Source: a virus
Taxonomy: Duplodnaviria; Caudoviricetes
Direction: 5' to 3' (one strand)
DNA length: 64,000 bases
IMG/VR virus record: IMGVR_UViG_3300042892_002922
Span: 160,001-224,000 of that record
Positions within the stretch are counted from its first letter, which is position 1, and the number at the start of each line of letters is the position of its first letter. Below, in pieces: positions 40,201-48,916 of this stretch. The position numbers were made by a program, and so were the translations under genes. Below the pieces are notes generated by a model. It saw only the letters and a list, made by a program, of their open reading frames with translations, did no database searches and was not told where the DNA came from.

Positions 40201-40453
40201 AACGAATGGTACTAGTTTTGGATATCATATATTCCCATCAGTTAACAATACCTATAACTTAGGTACATCAGCACTTAGATGGGCGAACGTTTATACGAAT
40301 GACTTACATTTAAGTAACGAAGGCAAAGAGGGTGGAAATGATATTGACGGAACAACAGGTAACTGGACAATTCAAGAAGGTGAAGAAAATCTGTATATTG
40401 TCAATAATAAGAATGGTAAGAAGTTCAAAATCAATTTAACCGAAATAGAATAA
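37259..40453 (+). CDS. Tail fibre protein with two Gly-X-Y (GSS/GTS) blocks
   Basis: Two long SGT/SGS tracts; C-terminal DLHLSNE...DGTTGNWTIQEGEENLY module seen in phage fibres. Confidence 0.8.
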   Translation: MANEFKIKNGLIVSGSAEIENNLIVHGTLTADLVNISLVSSSVLYESGSTKFGNTSDDFHEFTGSLSISGSLNINGTSYTSATSGTSGTSGTSGTSGSSGTAGSSGTSGTSGSSGTAGTSGSSGSSGTSGSSGSSGTSGSSGTSGSSGSSGTSGTSGSSGSSGSSGTSGTSGTSGTSGSSGSSGSSGTSGSSGSSGTSGSSGSSGTAGTSGTSGSSGSSGTSGSSGSSGTSGTSGTSGSSGSSGTSGSSGSSGTSGTSGTSGSSGSSGTSGSSGSSGTSGSSGTSGSSGSSGTSGSSGSSGTSGTSGTSGSSGSSGTSGSSGSSGTSGSSGSSGTSGTSGSSGSSGTVTMTGTQDNGILTLNGSSPNATVESNLRFDGSLLTVVGNETISGSLIVTNDFTVLGSSSILYVTSSQLRIADNIITVNTSNPGARFGGLEVFDSGSINNATGSILWDSVNNRWIYQNSSDAGYGGGMFLSGPRSSGSLGSELSLTSGKIAKSAGGDHLDDSNITDTGTLVSINSNTEITGTLRVTSNLFINGTSYTAATSGTSGTSGSSGTSGTSGSSGTAGSSGTSGSSGSSGTSGSSGSSGTSGSSGTSGSSGSSGTSGSNGSSGTSGTSGTSGSSGSSGTSGSSGSSGTSGTSGSSGSSGSSGTSGSSGSSGSSGTSGSSGSSGTSGSSGSSGTSGSSGSSGTSGSSGSSGSSGTSGSSGSSGTSGSSGSSGSSGSSGTSGSSGSSGTSGSSGSSGSSGSSGSSGSSGSSGSSGSSGTSGSSGSSGSSGSSGSSGSSGSSGSSGAATINSNVNDYVLTATGTAGLIQGESNLTFDGSTLSTSNVTATGTYNTNASSSRNKYNVYSTGASPYAIGMQSAITYGGLNDWGMTFQFNNDSGRGFWWGDEGHSTAQGAMALTTDGRLTVANNVRIGYGESDVTTPTLPLQVYGSGGTIVDIQGSSGQLFSVTDDLTGDIFSISDISGIPFINVNTTNGTSFGYHIFPSVNNTYNLGTSALRWANVYTNDLHLSNEGKEGGNDIDGTTGNWTIQEGEENLYIVNNKNGKKFKINLTEIE
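37507..38297 (+). repeat. Gly-Ser/Thr triplet repeat block 1 (about 260 aa)
   Basis: Gly at every third residue; synonymous codons heavily mixed. Confidence 0.9.
38893..39640 (+). repeat. Gly-Ser/Thr triplet repeat block 2 (about 250 aa)
   Basis: As block 1; includes exact 36-bp and 9-bp (GGTTCATCA) tandem units. Confidence 0.9.
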
Positions 40454-40456
40454 TAT

Positions 40457-41089
40457 ATGGCTTTTAACATTGGTGGTACAACCCTAAGTAGTTCAACAAT
40501 TACTCCTACAAGTGGATTGTTTACATTATCAAGCACTGAATTATCAGGAACAGGTTATGTGACAAAAGGAACAACAAAAGCATTTAGTGCTAATGGTAGT
40601 TCTGGTGGTGCTTATAGTAGTGGTTGGCAATATCCTAACAATAGTGGATGGGATGGTGCTGGCGCTTGGCAAGTATTTACAGGTTCAAAAATTGGTTGGG
40701 TAACCGATGCACAACGAGGTAGTGATTTTAGTACTTCAACGGGTCGATTTACTGCTTCAGTTGCTGGTTGGTATGTCTTTAACACAAGTGCATATGTGTT
40801 AAATGATTTAGCATCACCTTATAACACTGGTTCGGGTTATATTCACTTGCAATTTGCTAAAAACGGGTCAAGAGATTGGAATAATAGCTATTGCCCATAC
40901 ACAATTTATATGTACGGAGCGGCTGGTGGAAATTCGGGAGCTAGTAGTGGTTATGCCGATGGGGCGACAGCTTGTGGAGTAATGCAATTGGCTGTTGGTG
41001 ATTACGTTGAAGTTCATATGTACATAAACGCAAATACTACAAGAGTATATCCACAATATACTACGTTTTTTGGTGCACTAGTTGGTTAA
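40457..41089 (+). CDS. C1q/TNF-like domain protein (fibre tip/adhesin)
   Basis: FSTSTGRFTASVAGWYVF...KNG...MQLAVGDYVEV C1q signature. Confidence 0.7.
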   Translation: MAFNIGGTTLSSSTITPTSGLFTLSSTELSGTGYVTKGTTKAFSANGSSGGAYSSGWQYPNNSGWDGAGAWQVFTGSKIGWVTDAQRGSDFSTSTGRFTASVAGWYVFNTSAYVLNDLASPYNTGSGYIHLQFAKNGSRDWNNSYCPYTIYMYGAAGGNSGASSGYADGATACGVMQLAVGDYVEVHMYINANTTRVYPQYTTFFGALVG

Positions 41090-41117
41090 TAATATTTATA
41101 TTTATAAAAAGTAAAAC

Positions 41118-41408
41118 ATGGTAACATACACAATTACACTATCAGATGCGGAAGACAAGGCATTAGGATACGTCGCATTATCACAACAAGATTGGATGGA
41201 AAATGCTGTTAAAGCAAGATGTGAAAACGCAATTCAAGAAATCTTCCAATTAGAGGTTGAAAGAAAGATTGCTGCGGGTGAATCTATAACTGGAACTAAA
41301 GAAGAAATTGTTTTAGCTGCTAATATTAGAAGTGCGGCTGAAAGAGCATCTGACCCAACACCAGACATTTATGGAATAACAAATATAATACCAGATCCTT
41401 TCGTATAA
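41118..41408 (+). CDS. Small protein in C1q cluster, putative fibre assembly chaperone
   Basis: 96-aa ORF between C1q paralogs; function inferred from position only. Confidence 0.55.
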   Translation: MVTYTITLSDAEDKALGYVALSQQDWMENAVKARCENAIQEIFQLEVERKIAAGESITGTKEEIVLAANIRSAAERASDPTPDIYGITNIIPDPFV

Positions 41409-41980
41409 TGGCAACATATATTGGTAGTAGCACTTTAACATCATCAACTTACACAGCATCAGGTAATTCACTTGGCGTTAGTGGAAACCTTGCTATTACT
41501 GGAAATGTTAGTATTAGCGGTCAACCAGCGTTTAATGCAAGAGGAACGGGTGGTTTTATTTATAACAGTAGTTTTTCAGGTGCTGGATGGGGTGAATTAG
41601 GTTCTGGAATGGGTTGGGTGGTAAATCAACAGGGTGCGGGTTCATATGGATTCAGCACTAGTACTGGTAGATACACCGCGCCAATAACTGGAAAATATTA
41701 TTTTCACGCTTCAACACATTATTATAATGATACTAATGCTACAGCAAATTACATACATTGGCTTTTTGGTGTAAACGGATCACCAAGTTGGAATGTTGGG
41801 AACACACCATATAATATTTATGCACACGGAGAAGTCGCTAACTATGCAGATGGTATTAATGTATCAGGTGTCATTAGTTTAAGTCAAGGAGATTATGTGA
41901 GTTTACGCCCCTATTGGGCTGGTAGTGGTGGTAAAATGTATGGTTATTATACATTATTTTGTGGGCATTTAATTATGTAA
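41408..41980 (+). CDS. C1q/TNF-like domain protein
   Basis: FSTSTGRYTAPITGKYYF...VNG...ISLSQGDYVSL. Confidence 0.72.
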   Translation: MATYIGSSTLTSSTYTASGNSLGVSGNLAITGNVSISGQPAFNARGTGGFIYNSSFSGAGWGELGSGMGWVVNQQGAGSYGFSTSTGRYTAPITGKYYFHASTHYYNDTNATANYIHWLFGVNGSPSWNVGNTPYNIYAHGEVANYADGINVSGVISLSQGDYVSLRPYWAGSGGKMYGYYTLFCGHLIM

Positions 41981-41983
41981 ATT

Positions 41984-42565
41984 ATGGGAATAAACGTAGG
42001 CGGGACAACATACAATGCAACAACATTCACACCAACAGGTGGGATATTAAACGTATCAGGTAATTTAACAATTGGTACGGATTTAAAATCATCTGGGCAA
42101 CCTTGGTTTAATTCTAGAGGTGCAGCAGGTGCTTGGAGATATGCGTCAGATTTTGGTGGTGTAAATGGTTGGAGGGAAATGGGTTCAACAATGTCATGGA
42201 CAAATAACCAACAAGGCGCTGGTTCATACGGCTTTAGTAATAGTACTGGTAGATATACCGCACCAGTTGCTGGATATTATCTTTTTTACACATCAGATTA
42301 TTACCATAATGACAGTAATAGTACATCGAACTACATACATTATAATTTTTCCAGAAATGGTTCTTCTAGTTGGAACGCTAGCCAAAGTAGTCACACAATA
42401 TATGGTCATGGCACCGTTGCAAATCACGTTGATGGTGTTGTTAACTCGTGTATAATGTATCTAAACGTTGGTGATTATTGCAGTAATTTAATTTATTGGG
42501 GTAGTGGTGGTTCTGGAAGAATATATACTGATTATCACTTATTCTGCGGTATGTTAATCGGTTAA
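41984..42565 (+). CDS. C1q/TNF-like domain protein
   Basis: FSNSTGRYTAPVAGYYLF...RNG...MYLNVGDYC. Confidence 0.72.
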   Translation: MGINVGGTTYNATTFTPTGGILNVSGNLTIGTDLKSSGQPWFNSRGAAGAWRYASDFGGVNGWREMGSTMSWTNNQQGAGSYGFSNSTGRYTAPVAGYYLFYTSDYYHNDSNSTSNYIHYNFSRNGSSSWNASQSSHTIYGHGTVANHVDGVVNSCIMYLNVGDYCSNLIYWGSGGSGRIYTDYHLFCGMLIG

Positions 42566-42592
42566 ATAACCAATTTTATTCTATTTATAGTT

Positions 42593-43267
42593 ATGGGTTT
42601 ATATAGAGGACCAAAAATATTTACTGAAGGTTTAACATTTGCTTTAGACGCTGGAACCACAAGGTCATATCCTGGTACGGGGACATCTTGGACAGCTATT
42701 AGAGGTAATAGTGTTGGTACACTATATAATGGTGTTGGTTACACAACTGCCAAAGGTGGTGGTTTAACTTTTGATGGATCAAATGACTATGTTGAGTTAG
42801 ATAGAAATGACATTTTATTAGGCACAAACCCATTTACATTTGAATGCTTTTATACTATAAATGCAACTAATGGGGGTGGTGAAATATTTGGAACATATGG
42901 TTCAGGATATTCATCATCAAGTTATGTTTGGATATCTGGTGAATATGGATTTTATATTGGGGGTGCGGTTTATTTTCCCGGATACCCACTTGGTGCTGGA
43001 ACATATTGCATGACAGTAACCAGAACAAGTTTTGGATACACAGTTTTGTATAAAAATGGCGTAGCTGTTAGTACCGGAACACTAACTGGAAGTTTAACTG
43101 CCGGACCAAATTATAGAATCGGTGCTGACACAACTAGTGCAGGTGGTGTTGGTGGTGAGAGATTAAATGGGACTGTTTATTCAATAAAAGTATATGACCG
43201 AGATTTTACAGCGGATGAAGTTTTAAATAATTATAATGCACAAAAATCAAGATACGGATTAACTTAA
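42593..43267 (+). CDS. Concanavalin A-like (LamG) domain protein
   Basis: GLTFALDAG...SYPG N-terminus; LTFDGSNDY; LNGTVYSIKVYDRDFTADEV. Confidence 0.8.
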   Translation: MGLYRGPKIFTEGLTFALDAGTTRSYPGTGTSWTAIRGNSVGTLYNGVGYTTAKGGGLTFDGSNDYVELDRNDILLGTNPFTFECFYTINATNGGGEIFGTYGSGYSSSSYVWISGEYGFYIGGAVYFPGYPLGAGTYCMTVTRTSFGYTVLYKNGVAVSTGTLTGSLTAGPNYRIGADTTSAGGVGGERLNGTVYSIKVYDRDFTADEVLNNYNAQKSRYGLT

Positions 43268-43277
43268 AATTAAAAAT

Positions 43278-43607
43278 ATGTTAGAAAATAGAAGATGGTT
43301 AGTAATACCAACAAGCACAACTGGTTCAATAAATTTTGACCAAGTAAAAGAGTCAAGTATCGATAGTTTAAGGTTATCTGTCGATGGGTCTAAGACGTTT
43401 GTTAAATACGATGTGATGGTTGTTGAAACAACCACAACTGAAACTCAAATAAACGCAGAAACTGGCGATGAAATGACAATTACAACTGAAGCTGGAATTT
43501 ATGGTAGACCAGACATATACTCAGAAGAATATCCTGAGTATACTCATGAAGCAATTTTAGAATTATTAAGCACAACTGAATGGACAACGCCAATAGAAAA
43601 TAAATGA
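43278..43607 (+). CDS. Small acidic protein associated with LamG genes
   Basis: 109-aa ORF, coupled to the downstream LamG gene. Confidence 0.6.
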   Translation: MLENRRWLVIPTSTTGSINFDQVKESSIDSLRLSVDGSKTFVKYDVMVVETTTTETQINAETGDEMTITTEAGIYGRPDIYSEEYPEYTHEAILELLSTTEWTTPIENK

Positions 43608-44833
43608 GTGTAAACATACCAAACATAACAAGCGATGGATTAGTTTTTGGATATGACGCACATCCTAGTAGTAGGTTTGCGCCAGGACCTCCATTGAGAA
43701 ATGTTGCAGCATCAATATCATTTGGTTATGGTAATCAAAATAGTTCACTGTTTAAAAAACAAAATTCAATATACACGGCGGTAATCCCTAATGTTGGAAC
43801 AAGAACAGTGTATGCTGTTGAAACATATAATGATTATAATGGTGGATCGGGCAACTGTTGTTTATCACTTTTTAATTTTGGTGGTGGCGTTAGTGTTTCA
43901 TCAAGCACACCATACACTTATCAAATAATATACCGTACAAAAAACGATAATGTTGGTACGAATTATATGTATCATTATGAATATGGTCCTAGTGGTTACT
44001 TAACAGAATATGGTTTACATAGTACAAGTACTAGGACAGCTTTAGGTGATGGATGGTGGCACGCTTGGGGTCAATTCACATCTCACGCAAGTGCAACCTC
44101 ATTTGGTTTATATCTTTTTCATTATGAATATGGTGTACATAATAAAGTTGAGGTTGCGGATGTTTCATTAACTGCTGGTAGTAGTATTTTAAAACCATCA
44201 CAATTTCCAACAGTTGGAACAACACGTGCAAGTACTTCGTCGTTATTGGATTTAAAAGGTGCTACTGCAATTAGTACCGCTGACATTAGTTATAACTCAA
44301 ATGGGCTACCATTTTTTGATGGGACAAATGATTGGATAAATTTAGATAGTTATGCAACAACGGTCCCGAATGGTAACATAACTGTGGAGGCGGTTGTTAA
44401 ATTCACGGCAATGAATGCAAATAAAGTAGTTGTAGCACATGGTGGTAATGGTTCAAATGATAAAGGGTTTTTGTTCTTATATGAAAACTCAACTTATGGT
44501 TTAGCATTTGCAATCTACGACAATCCAAATTTTGGTTGGGCTAGAACCGGTATTGGTAGCCCTGCAACACAATACGTGAATCAATACATTCATATGGTTG
44601 GTACATATGATAATGAATATGTTAGATTGTATATTAATGGTACGTTAATCCAAACAGTACAATTTACTGGTGGATTTGAAAGACAAAACACATTTAGGAT
44701 TGGTAATGAAGTTAATAGAAGTTATTTTATGAGTGGCGAAATACCTGTTGTTAAATTGTATAATAAAGCATTAACGGCAACAGAGATAAAAAATAATTAT
44801 AATGGATATAAAGGTAGATATGGTTTAACATAA
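43604..44833 (+). CDS. LamG domain protein with N-terminal carbohydrate-binding-like module
   Basis: FFDGTNDW, HMVGTYD...LYING, GEIPVVKLYNKALTATEI. Confidence 0.8.
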   Translation: MSVNIPNITSDGLVFGYDAHPSSRFAPGPPLRNVAASISFGYGNQNSSLFKKQNSIYTAVIPNVGTRTVYAVETYNDYNGGSGNCCLSLFNFGGGVSVSSSTPYTYQIIYRTKNDNVGTNYMYHYEYGPSGYLTEYGLHSTSTRTALGDGWWHAWGQFTSHASATSFGLYLFHYEYGVHNKVEVADVSLTAGSSILKPSQFPTVGTTRASTSSLLDLKGATAISTADISYNSNGLPFFDGTNDWINLDSYATTVPNGNITVEAVVKFTAMNANKVVVAHGGNGSNDKGFLFLYENSTYGLAFAIYDNPNFGWARTGIGSPATQYVNQYIHMVGTYDNEYVRLYINGTLIQTVQFTGGFERQNTFRIGNEVNRSYFMSGEIPVVKLYNKALTATEIKNNYNGYKGRYGLT

Positions 44834-46362
44834 TGAATATAGGTCCAAGAAATATTACCAACGGTTTAGTTTTCGGATATGATACTGGAGACGATAATAG
44901 ATTTTATCCTGGTGAACCAACAACAAACTTATTGCCAAGTCCAGAACATAATGGTAGATTTTCAACAAGTAATGGTTGGGGTTCATATAATACAAACAAA
45001 TATTGTGGTAACAATGGTTGTGCGGTACATTGGACAATCCCATCAATATCAAGCGTATCAAGTAATATTATAACAACATCAAGTGCCCATCAAATATTAT
45101 CATTTGATGTTATTCAACCTAACGCAACTGGAGGCGGTGTAAATGCTGGACAAAATTATGTTGCTAAAAAAATAAGTGATACACAATTTTCATTACATGA
45201 ATATAATGGTTCTCAAGATGGTTCACAAGGTTATATAAACCCAACGACTGGATTTTTTAAAGTACATGATGCATATGCTAATGATACTAGAATATCTGTA
45301 AGCGCTTCTGGATTTCCGACTGGGTGGTGGGGTGCGCCACATTTACCAAATTCAGGTTTAATTAAAGAAGTAGTTACCGGTGGTGGCAGAATACCCGGAA
45401 CAAATTGTATGAGATTACATGCTTATAGACCAGATGGTGTGACTGACGGTATGGCATATGGTGTGTATACTCCGGTAACCGCTGGACAAATAATAACATT
45501 ATCATTTTGGCATAAAGCAGCGTCACCAACATCTGTTGGACAAAGTCATAGCTGGAGTACATATTTTTATGGATACTCAGCACCAAGTGCGGGTTTCACA
45601 ACAGGAGAAAAATGGCAAAAACACCAAACTACTTGGACAGCATCACTTACCTGTAGTTTTTATTTTTATATGTGGCCTTCGGCTTTATCAACATTTGATA
45701 TCGCTGATTTACAAGTGGAGGTTAAAGACCACGCAACACCATTTACATTAACATCTAGATCTAATACAACAGCATTATTAGATATGACAGGGACATGTTC
45801 AATTGATGTTTCTAACGCGTCATTTAACATTTCTGGTAGACCTTACTTTGATGGTACAAATGATAGTATAATAGTAACAAACAATGCGGTGCTAAAAAAT
45901 AATGTAACATCCATTGAGTTTATTGTCAAATACAACGGTGCACCTAATGGTGATATTATTCAAATGGGTGTCGGTAGTGGTTCATATGCACAATATTACT
46001 ATAGAGCGTATAGTGGTAATTCATATTGGAATTTTTTCCCAACAGGAACATCAGCTTATGGTAGTATAACAATACCAAATTCAGCATTCACGATTGGACA
46101 ATATTATCATGTTGTTTTAGTTGGTAGGTCTGATAGTTCGGTTTCGTTTTATATTAATACGGTTGCGCAATCTGGCGCGGCGGTAAGTGCAACAAGTGCC
46201 GTTGGTTCTTGGACCCCAGCAAATCTAACAATTGGCGGTTTTACTTGGGATGGTTATTCAAATTCAGAAATACCTGTTGTTAAAATTTATAATAGGGAAC
46301 TATCAGCGGCTGAAATTAAACAACACTATTACTCATACAAAACCAGATTTGGTTTAAGTTAA
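44833..46362 (+). CDS. LamG domain protein with N-terminal carbohydrate-binding-like modules
   Basis: YFDGTND, YHVVLV, SEIPVVKIYNRELSAAEI; N-terminus paralogous to 43604. Confidence 0.8.
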   Translation: MNIGPRNITNGLVFGYDTGDDNRFYPGEPTTNLLPSPEHNGRFSTSNGWGSYNTNKYCGNNGCAVHWTIPSISSVSSNIITTSSAHQILSFDVIQPNATGGGVNAGQNYVAKKISDTQFSLHEYNGSQDGSQGYINPTTGFFKVHDAYANDTRISVSASGFPTGWWGAPHLPNSGLIKEVVTGGGRIPGTNCMRLHAYRPDGVTDGMAYGVYTPVTAGQIITLSFWHKAASPTSVGQSHSWSTYFYGYSAPSAGFTTGEKWQKHQTTWTASLTCSFYFYMWPSALSTFDIADLQVEVKDHATPFTLTSRSNTTALLDMTGTCSIDVSNASFNISGRPYFDGTNDSIIVTNNAVLKNNVTSIEFIVKYNGAPNGDIIQMGVGSGSYAQYYYRAYSGNSYWNFFPTGTSAYGSITIPNSAFTIGQYYHVVLVGRSDSSVSFYINTVAQSGAAVSATSAVGSWTPANLTIGGFTWDGYSNSEIPVVKIYNRELSAAEIKQHYYSYKTRFGLS

Positions 46363-46397
46363 TTTTTATTTTTAAATAATTTTCATTATATTGTCGA

Positions 46398-47138
46398 ATG
46401 GACAATATTGGCTTTGGAATATTCTGCTTTGGCGAAAATTATTATTATAAGGGAACTATTGAGAAGATGGATAAGATTCTTGATAGCGGGTATTCTTGTT
46501 ATATTTTAACAGATACCCCCGATTATTTCACCGAGAGAGAAAATTTAACAATATTGACCTATCATAGAGAATTTAAATCTTATTATGATAAGATGTTGTT
46601 ACCCAAGACAATACTAAAAGAAAAAGACATCTGCATCTTACTTGATGCCGACATATATGTTAAAGATTATTCATTTTTAGAGGAATTAAAAACGTATAAT
46701 TTTTTACCGGGGATTACCTATGCTGAAACATTAGAAAGACACCCTGGAAAGAAGAAAACGGTTAACGATATTGGAATGACAGATAGGGAATGGACATCAT
46801 ATAAATTATATGCTGAAAAGATTAGTCCAAACTTTAAAAGTTTTAATACAATATGGGAATACATATTGATAATCAACAAGATAGGATTTCAACAAAAAAG
46901 ATTTTATAAAGTTTACGAGAAACTGCAAATAGCAAAAGAGTTCTCTGACTTGGAATTAAACAAAGAAGTTAACGGTGCCGGCGAAGGTGTTTCAATATCA
47001 ATCGCCGCACAATTATCTAGTAGTGACATTCAATTAGACCCTAAGTTATTTGAAATTGTAAAAGATAAAATGGTTAGTGTTTCTAGAAGATTTACAAATC
47101 CAGAATATTTGCCCGACTTTATGAAAGATGATATCTAA
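46398..47138 (+). CDS. Putative GT-A fold glycosyltransferase-like protein
   Basis: CYILTD and ILLDADIYV (DxD) motifs. Confidence 0.45.
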   Translation: MDNIGFGIFCFGENYYYKGTIEKMDKILDSGYSCYILTDTPDYFTERENLTILTYHREFKSYYDKMLLPKTILKEKDICILLDADIYVKDYSFLEELKTYNFLPGITYAETLERHPGKKKTVNDIGMTDREWTSYKLYAEKISPNFKSFNTIWEYILIINKIGFQQKRFYKVYEKLQIAKEFSDLELNKEVNGAGEGVSISIAAQLSSSDIQLDPKLFEIVKDKMVSVSRRFTNPEYLPDFMKDDI

Positions 47139-47856
47139 TTCCGACTATATTAAACAATATATCACTAACAATGATGATACCGCGGTACCTTATCGTTGGA
47201 CTCATGGTGCCACTGATTTACATTTAGGTGACGGTATTGTCGTTTACTCATTAATACAGCATATGAGGGCTAAGAATTGCGTCTGTATTGGTTCTGGTGG
47301 TGGGTTTATACCTAGAATAATCACACAAGCCAGACATGACTTACATAAAGAAGGTATTTTTGAGGGTGATGATAATTTAAGTTGGGGTGATATTGGGGTT
47401 ACTTACGTTGTTGATGCGTGTAACGGTATTGGCGGACCCAATGACCTAGAAAATGAAGAATCTTTTTATAGAAAACACTTTCACCCACGATTTATTAAGG
47501 ACACATCTGAAAACGCCTTTTATAATTTTTTTATTCTTCAGGATATCAAAATAGATTTTTTGTTTATTGATGGTGACCATTCATATGAAGGTGTAAAAAA
47601 AGATTTCGACCTTTATTCCACAATATTATCTGAAAAAGGTGTGATAGTTATTCACGACACTGATGAAAAATACGAAGAATCGTTAATAATTTCAGAAGAC
47701 GCAAAAAAAGACCATTTCCCCTTTGATGGTCCAGCTAAATTAGTTAAAGAATTACAAAATAATTCCGCCTGGAACTTGATTAATCTACATAATTTTCGTA
47801 TATTACCTACAAAACCGGCATCAACTGGGATTACAATTATTAACAGAAAATTATGA
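47128..47856 (+). CDS. Class I SAM-dependent methyltransferase (Methyltransf_24-like)
   Basis: VCIGSGGG, FIDGDHSYEGVKKDF, IVIHD. Confidence 0.8.
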   Translation: MISNSDYIKQYITNNDDTAVPYRWTHGATDLHLGDGIVVYSLIQHMRAKNCVCIGSGGGFIPRIITQARHDLHKEGIFEGDDNLSWGDIGVTYVVDACNGIGGPNDLENEESFYRKHFHPRFIKDTSENAFYNFFILQDIKIDFLFIDGDHSYEGVKKDFDLYSTILSEKGVIVIHDTDEKYEESLIISEDAKKDHFPFDGPAKLVKELQNNSAWNLINLHNFRILPTKPASTGITIINRKL

Positions 47857-48704
47857 TTCGATTAGTTACAGTTATTGGGCATGGAGTCAAACTGCTACCG
47901 CATTTCATTAAACATTATCAAAAACATGTTGATGAAATTAATATTGTTGTATATGAAACAGAAAACAATAGATTAATTGGTAATGAAGTTAAAGAAATTA
48001 TTGATGGCTACGAAAAGGTTAATATCGTTAAAGTTGTCAAGGATCGTGTTTTTGATTGGGAAAAGGTCACCTATCTATACAATAAAACAAAAAACAAACA
48101 TCCAAATGATTGGTGGGTTATTGCCGATATAGATGAGTTTCATTTATATCCAAACGATGATTTAAAGATGTTAATAACAAATTGTAACAAATATGGTTGG
48201 GATTTAGTCAGAGGTGGTTTTATAGATAGAATTGGTCCTGATGGTGAGTTTGTTGAATTGAAAGATGATGAATTCATATGGGAACAATATCCAAACGCAG
48301 GGTTTTTTAGATATCCAATGAGTAATGCTAATCCTAATAAGATTTGTGTTATGAAAGGGTATGTTGAATTAACAAGCGGGCAACACTACGCCAAGTTAGA
48401 TGGTTTCACAACATGGAAGTGGCAAGGATGGAATCATCCACTAATATATGATTCTGGTGAAGTACAAGTCCATCATTTTAAATGGGATAAAACATCTATT
48501 GATAGAATTAAGGATGTTGCAAATGTTAAGCAAGCATATGCTTACTCTGACGAATATCAAGTGATGTATGATAAACTAAGAAAGAGTAAATTTAAGATAG
48601 ATTTAAATAAATCAGAATTTATGTTTGAATTGGGGGTTAAAACACCAGAATATAAAACATATAGAAACTGGAATAAACTAATAAAAAAAATAAAAACAAT
48701 ATGA
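47853..48704 (+). CDS. Glycosyltransferase family 2-like
   Basis: LLPHFIKHY...VD, WWVIADIDEF, VHHFKW. Confidence 0.75.
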   Translation: MIRLVTVIGHGVKLLPHFIKHYQKHVDEINIVVYETENNRLIGNEVKEIIDGYEKVNIVKVVKDRVFDWEKVTYLYNKTKNKHPNDWWVIADIDEFHLYPNDDLKMLITNCNKYGWDLVRGGFIDRIGPDGEFVELKDDEFIWEQYPNAGFFRYPMSNANPNKICVMKGYVELTSGQHYAKLDGFTTWKWQGWNHPLIYDSGEVQVHHFKWDKTSIDRIKDVANVKQAYAYSDEYQVMYDKLRKSKFKIDLNKSEFMFELGVKTPEYKTYRNWNKLIKKIKTI

Positions 48705-48916
48705 GCAAAGAAGTAACACTTAAAGACGAAAAACTTGAGGCACAACTTTTAGAACAAAGAAAAGTTAAATCCTTAGAAAAAATTGCAGCGTCATTAGACG
48801 CATTAGCCATTTGGTTTGAAGAAATAGATAAGGAAGAATGGAGTGATAGAATACAATATTATTTATCTGAATTCCATGGCGTGGTAAAACCAGAAGACCC
48901 AACAATAAATGGTTAA
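48701..48916 (+). CDS. Small hypothetical protein
   Basis: 71-aa coupled ORF. Confidence 0.6.
   Translation: MSKEVTLKDEKLEAQLLEQRKVKSLEKIAASLDALAIWFEEIDKEEWSDRIQYYLSEFHGVVKPEDPTING

Noticed and set aside
40457-46362. Diversity-generating retroelement acting on C1q/LamG tips
   Set aside because: No reverse transcriptase in the window and no near-identical TR/VR pair with adenine-specific differences was seen
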